Assembly (NCBI GenBank): GCA_002269645.1
Contig: NIVC01000432.1
Location: 248,001 to 312,000, forward strand
Direction: 5' to 3'
DNA length: 64,000 nt
DNA from: Macrostomum lignano
Taxonomy: Eukaryota
A model generated the notes under the pieces. It had not been told where the DNA came from, made no database searches, and saw only the letters and a program-made list of their open reading frames with translations. Both the position numbers and the translations under genes were made by a program. Shown here piece after piece: positions 37,501 to 49,600 of this stretch (position 1 is its first letter; every line of letters begins with the position of its first letter).

Positions 37501-40500
37501 TAATTAATCCCGAGAATCATCCCTAATTAATCCCTAGAATCATCCCGAATTGATCCCGAGAATCATCCCTAATTAATCCCGAGAATCATCCCGAATTGAT
37601 CCCGAGAATCATCCCTAATTAATCCCGAGAATCATCCCGAATTGATCCCGAGAATCATCCCTAATTAATCCCGAGAATCATCTCGAATTGATCCCGAGAA
37701 TCATCCCTAATTAATCCCGAGAATCATCCCGAATTGATCCCGAGAATCATCCCTAATTAATCCCGAGAATCATCCCTAATTAATCCTGAGAATCATCCCG
37801 AATTGATCCCGAGAATCATGACCAAATTTACCAGTCCCGCTGTTAAATTTCACCCGCCCCCTACAGAGCGAGTACATGGTGCAGCTGTACGACTCCTTTG
37901 CTGCACCCGAGATGAACCTGCTGGCTTATCTTATCGAGGTAAGAGATACTCTTCTTTTGTTGCTTTTCATTCTTTGGGAAATTTTGTCCTGTTTTTGTTT
38001 CTTGTCTTTTAATTTTAATTTTTTGTATAATTTTTCTTCTAGTGTTTGTCGTCTTAGTCTTTTCTTGTCTTTGTTCTTGTCTTCTCAATCTTTGTTCTTG
38101 TCTTCTCAATCTTTTTTCTTGTCTTTGTTCTTCTCTTCTCAATCTTTTTTCTTGTCTTTGTTCTTGTCTTCTCAATCTTTGTTCTTGTCTTCTCAATCTT
38201 TGTTCTTGTCTTCTTGGTCTTTGCGCTTGTCTTCTATTCTCGCTTTGCTTCCGTATACTGTTCTATCCATTTGGCATTTACTAAAAATAGCCAAACGTTC
38301 CCACCCGTCCCCATCTCTGTCTCCCTCTCCAGTACCTGGAGATGCGCAACATCCAATTCGACCCGATGCAGCTGCACGCGGACGTGCGCGCCAGCATGGA
38401 GCAGCTGCACCGGTCCGGCAAGCTTCACGACGAGATCGTGCGCGATCCTGAGCGCTACCTGCGTCGGGACTCGCGCCTGGAGCCGCTGCTATCCCGGCTG
38501 CAGCGCAACGGCAAGAAAGTGTTCCTAGTGTCCAATAGCAACTATAACTTCATGTAAGTTAGCTGCTGTCATCTAGCCAGCTAGCTACTAATGTGCTTCG
38601 TATGCTACTTATCGTAGCTTTAATAGTAGAAAGCTAAGAATCTAATTTTGTTTTTGAAAAAAATTGCAGAGACGGCGGCCTCACCTATTTGCTTGGCAAA
38701 GATTGGCGTCAATATTTCGATTTAGTCATCGTACAAGCCAGGAAGCCTTTGTTCTTTACTAGCACGTCTAAGTGAGTTCATTTCACTTGGGATAGAACGG
38801 GAAGAGTGATTCACTTGGGGATAGAACGGGAAGAGCTATTCACTTGGGGGATAGAACGGAAAGAGCTATTCACTTGGGGGATAGAACGGGAAGAGCTATT
38901 CACTTGGGGGATAGAACGGAAAGAGCTATTCACTTGGGGGATAGAACGGGAAGAGCTATTCACTTGGGGGATAGAACGGGAAGAGCTATTCACTTGGGGG
39001 ATAGAACGGGAAGAGCGATTGATTCACTTGGGGGATAGAACGGGAAGAGCGATTGATTCACTTGGGGGATAGAACGGGAAGAGCGATTGATTCACTTGGG
39101 GGATAGAACGGGAAGAGCGATTCACTTGGGGGATAGAACGGGAAGAGCGATTCACTTGGGGGATAGAACGGGAAGAGCTATTCACTTGGGGGATAGAACG
39201 GGAAGAGCTATTCACTTGGGGGATAGAACGGAAAGAGCTATTCACTTGGGGGATAGAACGGGAAGAGCGATTGATTCACTTGGGGGATAGAACGGGAAGA
39301 GCGATTCACTTGGGGGATAGAACGGAATGAGCTATTCACTTGGGGGATAGAACGGGAAGAGCTATTCACTTGGGGGATAGAACGGGAAGAGCGATTGATT
39401 CACTTGGGGGATAGAACGGAATGAGCTATTCACTTGGGGGATAGAACGGGAAGAGCGATTCACTTGGGGGATAGAACGGGAAGAGCTATTCACTTGGGGG
39501 ATAGAACGGGAAGAGCTATTCACTTGGGGGATAGAACGGAAAGAGCTATTCACTTGGGGGATAGAACGGGAAGAGCGATTGATTCACTTGGGGGATAGAA
39601 CGGGAAGAGCGATTGATTCACTTGGGGGATAGAACGGGAAGAGCGATTCACTTGGGGGATAGAACGGAATGAGCTATTCACTTGGGGGATAGAACGGGAA
39701 GAGTGATTCTCTTGGGGGATAGAACGGGAAGAGCTATTCACTTGGGGGATAGAACGGGAAGAGCGATTGATTCTCTTGGGGATAGAACGGGAAGAGCTAT
39801 TCACTTGGGGGATAGAACGGGAAGAGCGATTGATTCACTTGGGGGATAGAACGGGAAGAGCTATTCACTTGGGGGATTGAACGGGAAGAGCTATTCACTT
39901 GGGGGATAGAACGGGAAGAGCTATTCACTTGGGGGATAGAACGGGAAGAGCTATTCACTTGGGGGATAGAACGGAAAGAGCTATTCACTTGGGGGATAGA
40001 ACGGGAAGAGCGATTGATTCACTTGGGGGATAGAACGGGAAGAGCGATTCACTTGGGGGATAGAACGGGAAGAGCTATTCACTTGGGGGATAGAACGGAA
40101 AGAGCTATTCACTTGGGGGATAGAACGGGAAGAGCGATTGATTCACTTGGGGGATAGAACGGGAAGAGCGATTGATTCACTTGGGGGATAGAACGGAATG
40201 AGCTATTCACTTGGGGGATAGAACGGGAAGAGCGATTGATTCACTTGGGGGATTGAACGGGAAGAGCTATTCACTTGGGGGATAGAACGGGAAGAGCTAT
40301 TCACTTGGGGGATAGAACGGAAAGAGCTATTCACTTGGGGGATAGAACGGGAAGAGCGATTGATTCACTTGGGGGATAGAACGGGAAGAGCGATTGATTC
40401 ACTTGGGGGATAGAACGGAATGAGCTATTCACTTGGGGGATAGAACGGGAAGAGCGATTCACTTGGGGGATAGAACGGAAAGAGCTATTCACTTGGGGGA

Positions 40501-42091
40501 TAGAACGGGAAGAGCTATTCACTTGGGGGATAGAACGGGAAGAGCGATTGATTCACTTGGGGGATAGAACGGGAAGAGCGATTCACTTGGGGGATTGAAT
40601 GGGAAGAGCTATTCACTTGGGGGATAGAACGGGAAGAGCGATTGATTCACTTGGGGGATAGAACGGGAAGAGCGATTCACTTGGGGGATAGAACGGGAAG
40701 AGCGATTCACTTGGGGGATTGAATGGGAAGAGCGATTGATTCACTTGGGGGATAGAACGGGAAGAGCGATTCACTTGGGGGATTGAATGGGAAGAGCGAT
40801 TGATTCACTTGGGGGATAGAACGGGAAGAGCGATTCACTTGGGGGATTGAATGGGAAGGAAGAGAGATTCTCTCGGGAAAAAAAACAAGACAGAAAGGCG
40901 ATTATCTTGTGGATTCAATGGAAAAGATTTATTATGAAAAATCCCAAGTTTCAAACAGACCAAATTTAGCAGCATGCCCTGCTACTGTCAGTACAGTAAT
41001 AGGCACTATAAACTTAACTTTTGTCCCAGGCCTTTCCGTCACTTGTGCACGATCGGCGGCCAGCCCTCATGGCACTCTGTTGAGTCGCTGGAGCCGCACT
41101 CCGTCTATAGCGAGGGCAACGTGACCGCCCTGCACCAGCTCACCCAGTGGAAGGGCGAGAGGACCCTGTTCTGCGGCGATCACGTCTCGTCCGACTTACT
41201 GGACGCTTCGTTGCAGCACGGCTGGCGCACCGGGGCTGTCATACCGGAACTGGCCCAGGAGCTGCGTTCCATGTCGTCGGATCGATACAGGGAGAATGTC
41301 TATTGGCTGGATCAGCTGGAGAGGCTGATCTCAGAGATGCAGGTGCGAATTGCTTGTTTATATTGGCTTCTTTTGTTTATTACCTGCTCCTGTCTCGGTT
41401 TATTACCTGTTCCGGTTTTGGTTGATTACCTGCTCCTGTCTCGGTTGATTACCTGCTCCTGTCTCGGTTGATTACCTGCTCCTGTCTCCGTTTATTACTT
41501 GCTCCTGTCTCTGTTCATCACCTGTTCCTGCCTCGGTTGATTACCTGTGCCAGAATCCATTTACCTGTGCCAGAATCAATTCACCTGTGCAAGAATCAAT
41601 TCACCTGTGCCAGAATCAATTTACCTGTGCCAGAATCAATTCACCTGTGCCAGAATCAATTTACCTGTGCCAGAATCAATTCACCTGTGCCAGAATCAAT
41701 TTACCTGTGCCAGAATCAATTCACCTGTGCCAGAATCAATTTACCTGTGCCAGAATCAATTCACCTGTGCCAGAATCAATTCACCTGTGCCAGAATCAAT
41801 TCACCTGTTCCCCAAACCGCACCTCAGGTGTACGACAGCCACCCTGACTGTCGCGGCCTGCTCGAACTGTGGCTGGAGGAGCGGCGCAACCTGCTAGAGG
41901 ACATCTCCGGCATGACTAACATTTACTTTGGCTCAATATTTCGCACGCACAATCACGTTTCATTCTTTTGCAGGCGTCTGGCCCGCTACGCAGATGTTTA
42001 TATGTCCTCCATCACTAACTTGCTCAACTATAAGCTCACCCACACGTTCTATCCGCCTAGGGTGAAACTGCCGCACGAGCAAGTGCTGTGA
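34545..42091 (+). CDS. NT5DC: 5'-nucleotidase domain-containing protein (HAD superfamily, NT5DC2/3-like), about 547 aa
   Basis: Exons 34545-34813, 36713-37115, 37867-37938, 38333-38553, 38670-38771, 41030-41342 and 41828-42091 total 1644 nt in frame. HAD motif I ([11 protein letters not shown]), [50 protein letters not shown] and [10 protein letters not shown] are present. The start could be 34545, 34569 or 34740. Confidence 0.93.
35130..36490. mobile_element. Foldback-like insertion in NT5DC intron 1
   Basis: Imperfect inverted arms (CTAAC.GC.CCCGTTGGA..AGGCAT.AAAGGTG at about 35240-35300, inverted at about 36400-36475) and many AGGTG/CACCT motifs in both orientations. It interrupts a degenerate GAAATATCCCATTTTGGGATT array on both sides. 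Confidence 0.45.
37180..37820. repeat. Intronic minisatellite, 23-bp unit GATCCCGAGAATCATCCCGAATT
   Basis: About 27 copies, two alternating variants. Confidence 0.95.
38040..38230. repeat. Intronic TC-rich repeat (TTCTTGTCTTCTCAATCTTTG)
   Basis: Tandem variants of about 21 bp in intron 37939-38332. Confidence 0.85.
38780..40860. repeat. Intronic minisatellite, 30/34-bp unit TTCACTTGGGGGATAGAACGGGAAGAGCTA
   Basis: About 66 copies beginning about 10 nt after the donor at 38771. Confidence 0.97.
41380..41815. repeat. Intronic minisatellite, 20-bp unit ACCTGTGCCAGAATCAATTC with degenerate 5' portion
   Basis: Tandem copies ending about 15 nt before the acceptor at 41827. Confidence 0.92.
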
Positions 42092-42128
42092 TCAGTTGAG
42101 ACGGCTGCTCAATTGAGAGCGGAATTCT

Positions 42129-42134
42129 AATAAA
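42129..42134 (+). terminator. Candidate polyadenylation signal of the NT5DC gene
   Basis: AATAAA 38 nt after the stop codon. Confidence 0.45.
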
Positions 42135-42299
42135 ATTGCGCTGGCTTGGCATCAGGCCGACTCAAGCGCTGACTGATTTTTGCCATCCATTGGTCCTCTG
42201 CTCTCCTAGCTGTAAATTATTATTTATTAGCATTTCTTATTTTCCCTCACGCCGTTTTTAACTGCACTTTTGCTTGTGTTGCTGCCGCTCTCTGTTCAC

Positions 42300-42318
42300 G
42301 TGTCTGTCTGTCTGTATG

Positions 42319-42363
<45 letters not shown>

Positions 42364-42376
42364 GCCTGTCTGTATG

Positions 42377-42413
<37 letters not shown>

Positions 42414-42416
42414 GCC

Positions 42417-42451
<35 letters not shown>

Positions 42452-42456
42452 ATGTG

Positions 42457-42507
<51 letters not shown>

Positions 42508-42542
42508 ATGTGTCTGTCTGTCTGTCTGTCTGTCTGTCTGCC

Positions 42543-42577
<35 letters not shown>

Positions 42578-42756
42578 GTGTCTTTCTGTCTGTCTGTCTG
42601 CCTGTCTGTCTGTGTGTCTGTCTGTCTGTCTGCCTGTCTGTCTGTCTGTCTGTCTGTCTTAGTGTCTGTATGTCTGTCTGTCTGTCTGTCTGTGTGTCTG
42701 TGTGTCTGTCTGTGTCTGTGTGTCTGTGTGTCTGTCTGTCTGTCTTAGTGTCTGTA

Positions 42757-42791
<35 letters not shown>

Positions 42792-42920
42792 GCCTGACTG
42801 TCTGTCTCTGTCTGTCTGTCTGTCTGTCTGTCTGCCTGCCTGTCTGTCTCTGTCTGCCTGTCTGTTTGTCTCTGTCTGTCTGTCTGTCTTTTTGTCCTTC
42901 TTTATTTGTCTGTCTGTCTA
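42300..42920. repeat. (TCTG)n microsatellite
   Basis: Interrupted tetranucleotide tract. Confidence 0.97.
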
Positions 42921-44088
42921 GCTAGCTACAGAGTTAGCTAGTCTTTCTCCCTCTTCCAGTAATAAGAGACCTTTTTCAACATCGAAGTGAGTGTAGATGC
43001 AGATTCAATTTGTAAAAGTTATAGTCAAATCTGTGTTTATTGTCTGTTCTCTGGTTGTGCTTTTGTTTTCTCATAAGAAGCATAAAATTAGAAAGATATA
43101 AATTGTCTACTTCATAAATATTTAGCCTCCTAAATATTTATTAATTAAATTTCTCCTGTTTATACTTTTTCATTTCGTTAATTTAGTTTTCACTTCTGTG
43201 TCTATTATATTTTAAATGTAAATTTTTGCACCTTTTACTATAAGTAGCCAGATAAGCAGTACAGTTCTATAATTTGGATTCACAGTGTGTATTTAGAACA
43301 GCTGATTTAGGGGGCAGGAGTTGCTATCATCATCATAAATCTATGTTTTGTATTTACCAATCTGGTACTTTCAACTCTATAGCTCCTTGGCGCCTGGATT
43401 GAATGAGCTTTTTGCGAAAACGGATTTTTTCTGCTAGGATAAGAGATTACAATATGCACTATTGAATATGCGTGTCTGTCAGCTTTAATTAACTGTTTTT
43501 GTCAATTATTGCTGGCATTTTCTGTGTTTAATTATGCACTGCTTTTTCATGTTTAGGATTTTTTATTTGCAAAAACAATATTTTTAAACCGTATTTGTTG
43601 TACGCCAGAAAATATATAGATGTACACTGTCTGTTGACACTTGGATGTCAGAAATAAGATGCTTCATGTCTTACCTCAATATTGTAACCTCGCTTGGATT
43701 GATTTAATTTTTGTTTTAACAGTAGGAATGTCAAGCCATTTTTCCGCCCGTCGAACTACCAAGAGGGGGGGGGGATTTCCGGCGCAGCTGACAATTTTTT
43801 TGCTGCGCCGGAACGGAGCAACGCAGGCACACGAAATTCAAACAAGAATCAAGTCGCCAGCCTTCGGACCGTCGAAATATTCGACGATTCTGCCAGAAGG
43901 TCGGATTTTTCCCATAAGTGCTAGTGTATTCAGTACACCTCTGTGCGCCAATTAGCACTGCGCCTCAGTGCAGCCTTACCAAGTCTGTAAATTTCATCAG
44001 CACGTCGACCACATGTGTCTGCATCAGCTCTGACTTCGTTGGTCACTAGCCTTCATCCAGGTGGAGCTTCTGGACCCTCAACAGGTGG

Positions 44089-45305
44089 CACCAGGTGACT
44101 ATGGACACCCTGATGCGGATTTCTCTAGTTTCGCCGATCAAGCCTCGACAGTGGGCAAAAATCAACCGCCAGACATTCTCAGCTAGTTTCTCAAGCATTC
44201 CGTCATCATCCCGACGCCGTCGGCTCCTTCAACAGATTACACCAGGTGACTATGGACAGCCTGATGCGGATTTCTCTAGTTTCGCCGATCAAGCCTCGAC
44301 AGTGGGCAAAAATCAACCGCCAGACATTCTCAGCTAGTTTCTCAAGCATTCCGTCATCATCCCGACGCCGTCGGCTCCTTCAACAGATTACACCAGGTGA
44401 CTATGGACAGCCTGATGCGGATTTCTCTAGTTTCGCCGATCAAGCCTCGACAGTGGGCAAAAATCAACCGCCAGACATTCTCAGCTAGTTTCTCAAGCAT
44501 TCCGTCATCATCCCGACGCCGTCGGCTCCTTCAACAGATTACACCAGGTGACTATAGACAGCCTGATGCGGATTTCTCTAGTTTCGCCGATCAAGCCTCG
44601 ACAGTGGGCAAAAATCAACCGCCAGACATTCTCAGCTAGTTTCTCAAGCATTCCGTCATCATCCCGACGCCGTCGGCTCCTTCAACAGATTACACCAGGT
44701 GACTATGGACAGCCTGATGCGGATTTCTCTAGTTTCGCCGATCAAGCCTCGACAGTGGGCAAAAATCAACCGCCAGACATTCTTAGCTAGTTTCTCAAGC
44801 ATTCCGTCATCATCCCGACGCCGTCGGCTCCTTCAACAGATTACACCAGGTGACTATGGACAGCCTGATGCGGATTTCTCTAGTTTCGCCGATCAAGCCT
44901 CGACAGTGGGCAAAAATCAACCGCCAGACATTCTCAGCTAGTTTCTCAAGCATTCCGTCATCATCCCGACGCCGTCGGCTCCTTCAACAGATTACACCAG
45001 GTGACTATGGACAGCCTGATGCGGATTTCTCTAGTTTCGCCGATCAAGCCTCGACAGTGGGCAAAAATCAACCGCCAGACATTCTCAGCTAGTTTCTCAA
45101 GCATTCCGTCATCATCCCGACGCCGTCGGCTCCTTCAACAGATTACACCAGGTGACTATGGACATCCTGTTGCAAATATGTCAGGTTTTTCTAATCAAGC
45201 TTCAATAATGGGCAAACCTCAACTGCCGGACATTCTCAGCTAGTCTCTTGAGCCTTCAGTCATCACCCCGACGCCGTCGGCACCTTCAACAGATTACACC
45301 AGGTG
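44089..45305. repeat. 151-bp tandem repeat, 8 copies
   Basis: Units start CACCAGGTGACTATGGACAGCCTG. Seven are near-identical and the last is diverged. Confidence 0.96.
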
Positions 45306-45529
45306 ACTATATTGGGTTCAAACTATAATATTGAACCCAATTTTTATGCAGAAAGGGTTATGCTTTTAAAAAATGAAAAAAACCTAAATTCCATTTGCGT
45401 GCCAGTAAATTCAATCGGGGATTTAGAGAATAAAAAAACAAATATAACCAATTTTTTGTTAGAGGCAAGGGGGCTGGCTGTGTGCACCATGGCGCGAGAG
45501 GCATTGCTGCCCATTCCACCGACTCCCTT

Positions 45530-45750
45530 GAGCAGGCACACTAGCGCGTGGATACTTACTCCGTCACACGCACAGGCACACACTCACACGAGTGTACAAC
45601 GCCCTTTATTTATCGTTAGACATGTATAGTGCCTTTGTGGTTGGGCTTCAAGCGCGTTAATTGCACGAGCAGAGCTAAGCCGAGATTCTAATTTAGCCCC
45701 AAATTAATGTCACTGCGCTTGGAATCGAACCTGGGCCGCTGGCACATCTG
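45530..45750 (-). mobile_element. tRNA-derived SINE-like element, copy 2
   Basis: The minus strand reads ATGTGCCAGCGGCCCAGGTTCGATTCCAAG...ATTAATTTGGGG...CTAAATT.GAATCTCGGCTT.GCTCTGCTCGTGCAATT...GTGTGAGTGTGTGCCTGTGCGT, matching 33540-33700. Confidence 0.6.
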
Positions 45751-46677
45751 GGGATCGCCAGAGGCAGAGCACTAAATATTAGCAGTATTTTTGTTTATAA
45801 AGTTTATTGAGAATACAAAAAATCATTATTTCCGACAACTCATCTGCAACAGCTCCAATCAGGAGGAAACAGATAAATAAAAAATGAATTAGCTGTATAG
45901 ATCTTTTTTGAGACTTTATATCAAGTTCTCAAAGTTAAAGTTATTAATTTCATTAAGTTGAATTAATAATGTGCAATCTTGCGTAAATAAAAATTAAAAA
46001 TAAAACAAGAACTTTAAATTCTGGGATAAAAAAGCTCTGTTTTCTTAAACAAGAAATTAGCATGCTAGAGGAGGGAATATCAGTATCGTGTTGTAGAGAT
46101 CATTGTCTCAAATAGCTAGGTGTTAAATAACATAAAATATACATTAGGTTGACATAGAGCCATTAAAACGGGAAGAAGTCTCTGTTTTAATTAAGATAGC
46201 TTTATCAGTTAATACCAATATTAAATCGAAGGTTGCTGCAGCTGTATTTTGTTCAATCCTTGTTCACTGTAGATTGGATTTTTTCTGACTTGAACGCGAA
46301 TGTACGGAATGTACATACGCTAGCTGAAGTGTACATTCGCTCTAATGCACATTACCATTAACTTCTTCTGGCTGCCTTGTTCCTGGGCATAACAAAACCC
46401 AATTCGATAAAAAGTTACACTACTACGCTTCTAATTGGTGTCCCCTCTGCCGTGATTCAACCAAGAAGCTTGTAAAGTGTACAGCTTGAATGTACATTCA
46501 TCCTTCTTACTCATCTTCGTCAACCTACATTGATTGGCCATGGCTCTTCATGGAATGGACCGGATTTATAAAAAAAGCTCAATTTAATTAGCTGCGACAA
46601 TCAATGTCGACTTAACAAAAGCCGTTATGTTATTAAAAAAATTATTGCTCGCTGGCGGAGACAGACGCAGTTGGGAA

Positions 46678-49600
46678 TCACCTCCTCGGTGGTCGGCCGC
46701 GGCCCCTGCCGCCGGCAGAGTTAGCATTTGCCGTTTGAACTCGCTTGCCCTTGTCTTCCCAGTCCAGATCGGCGTCCTCCTCGGCTGAAACTTTGAACAG
46801 CTTCTTCTGCTTCTTGATGCTGGCCGGCTTCGTGTCGCTGTTGTCGTTCAGGTCGCCAACCGCTGTCACAGCGTTGAGTGACTGGATGGGTAGCGAGTGT
46901 TTATTGTTGAAGGCAATATTGTTGCAACCGGATGCTTTAATCGCCGTTATCGAATCCTACCCATAACCATACGCTCTTAACACCAAGGATATCTCGAGTG
47001 TACCTTTCTTTGAATTGTCCTAGAGGGGCGGGGACTGAGTAACGGAGCGGAAAAACATCCGATTCCGACCATAACCCCTGGTTCGATTTCGTGCGCGGCC
47101 CAAATTCATTTGGGGCTAATTGTGTGCACGAAAATGGTTGTGAGACGATGTAGTCAAAACTGTTGAACCAAGAGGCCACGTATAATTTCGAGTAATGTTC
47201 TGGTATAATCAGCATTTCCAGAATCTTACCCAGTCGAAAAAGGCAGCCGCAGCGGCGCTCTTCAATGCCACCTCCTTCACGTCCAGATTGGACACCAGCT
47301 CTCTCGCTCTGGCCGCAATCGTCGGGTGAACGCTGGCCGGATCTAGCCGGTTAAAGTCGGCAACCTTCAGCGCACGGATCAGGGGCTGACAACGGCGCCA
47401 TTTCTGCAATAGGAACAGCGATAGCGATAGCACTACTACTCGTTCCTTTCCGATTTTCTACCCAGCCAAACACCCACCTCACTCCTTGCCCCTCCCCTCC
47501 CGCGCTCATCCAAGTCTATCCGATTTTCCACCCAGCCCAACACCCACCTTGCCTCTCCCCTCCTGCGCTCATCTAGGCCTTTCCGATTTTCCACCCAGCC
47601 AAACACCCACCTCACTCCTTGCCCCTCTCATCCCGCGCTCATCCAAGTCTATCCGATTTTCCACCCAGCCCAACACCCACCTCACTGCTTGCCCCTCCCC
47701 TCCCGCGCTCATCTAGGCCTTTCCGATTTTCCACCCAGCCAAACACCCACCTCACTCCTTGCCCCTCTCATCCCGCGCTCATCCAGGCCTTTCCGATTTT
47801 CCACCCAGCCAAACACCTACTTTATTCCCTGCCCCTTCCATCATCGCTCATCCAAACAACCCCAAAGTTCTATCTTTTTTCATTGATACCTCTAGGCGGT
47901 CGTTATCTTAGTATGCACTGCACTTACCCTAGTACGCTTCTCATAGTATCCCATGAGGAGCAGCACGGACATGCAGGTGATGTGCACGCACTTATCCGGG
48001 CTGGAATAGGAGGCCAGCTCCAGCTTTGACTTCTCGTCAAGATTCAGCGGCTTTATGGTGATCTTGTCGATTCGATCGAATCGTCGATAGACTTCCAAAG
48101 CGCGGCGCACGTCTGGGTCCAGTTCGGCCAGAATTTCGTCCATAAAGAACTCATTGTCGATCTCTTCTAGTACTTTGCCGATGTACTCTTTGTCTCGCTT
48201 GGCTTTGGCCTCTCGGATGCTGTCTTTTAGCTCTATTTTTGTGAGGAATCGAAAATATTTTTATGCGCGTTCGCCCACTGAAGGAGGTGCAAGATACGTC
48301 CCCAAATTCGGCATCTGCTTCAACCCTTTGGCAACCCAATTCACTCACTCTCTCGCAGCTCCATCATCCGATAGTAGCTCTTAGAGAATATAAACAGATC
48401 GTCATTCAGAGAGAATTTATTCTCCTCCCACTCGTCCATGGCTCGCTTCAGCGGCTTCATCTTCTTGCGGCGCAGGGCCTCGAGCAGCTGGCCGCGGCAG
48501 TATTTCCTTAGTTCGCCTGAATCGGAACAGAGAGGATGATGGGAGCGTGCTATAAGGGCCTAACAGACGTACGAGCGTACATGTGGACTTAATTTTCTAT
48601 ATAGAAAATCGAACTCACGTTTCTCCCGCTCTTCGCGCTTCCTGGCTTTTCGCTCGTCACGTGACTCACCGCCCCCAGCCGCTCCTTTGCGGCCACCGAC
48701 AGCCTTGCCGGACCTTCGGCCCGTTTCGTCGGCCGAGGACTCCGACCGGCTGCGTGACCGAGATCGAGATCTGGACTGGGATTTAGAGTGGGATCGGGAT
48801 CGGGATCGGGACCGGGATCGGGATCTAGACCGGGATCGAGACTCTCGGGCTTTCGACGGCGACGACTGACCCGACTTCTTGACCGGCGATGCCGACTTGG
48901 ACGAAGAAGATTTTTCTTCCGTCGCCTCTCCACCGTCGTGCTTGGAGCCGCCGCTGGACTTCGAGGACGCTGCCGAGCCCGGTCGATGCTGCTTCTTGGC
49001 GCCGCCGCCTGCGGCCTCCTCTGCGGCCTCCTTGCGCCGGCCCTCCTCCTGGCGCTGGCGCTCCTGACGCTCGGCTTCCCGCTGCTCGCTCTGCTCGTCA
49101 CGGCGCCGATTCCGCGCCTCGGCCTCTTTCCCGCCGGCCTCCTCCCGGCGCCGCAGCTCCGCCTCGGTGAGCACCCGGTAGGACAGCAGCGCCTGGCCGC
49201 CGCAGCGAAGCTCAAACCGACTGCCCTCCGCCTCGGTCGGCAGGTCGCCCGTCCAGCAGTCGCCATCCAGTTGAAATGGCGTCTCCCCCGCGAACACGCC
49301 AACGTTTTCACCGTTGACCTCGCCGAGGTCGCCGACACGCAGTCGGATCGGCGCCGCACAGCCCGGCGCCAATTCGCCGTCCAGGCCGCTGCTCTCCAGA
49401 CGGCAGGCCGGGGCTCGCCAAGCCGGTCCGAGTGTCGGGAAGGCAACCGGCGGTTCGTCGAGACGGGCGCAGCTGCGGATCAGGTAGGTGTACACCAGCT
49501 CGCGGTTGCTGTCATCAGCGTCGGCGAACAGCCTCAGCAGATGGCAGCCATTCTCAGCAAAGCGCACCCGAAACTCGGTGCCGTCTCCAACGTCAACGCC

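Noticed and set aside
46290-46560. Cluster of TGTACAT motifs resembling the MITE-like family interior
   Set aside because: No terminal inverted repeats or extended alignment could be established by eye.
46937-47215. 92-aa minus-strand ORF inside the last KY-like intron
   Set aside because: No domain similarity, and the flanking exons already join in frame with good splice sites.
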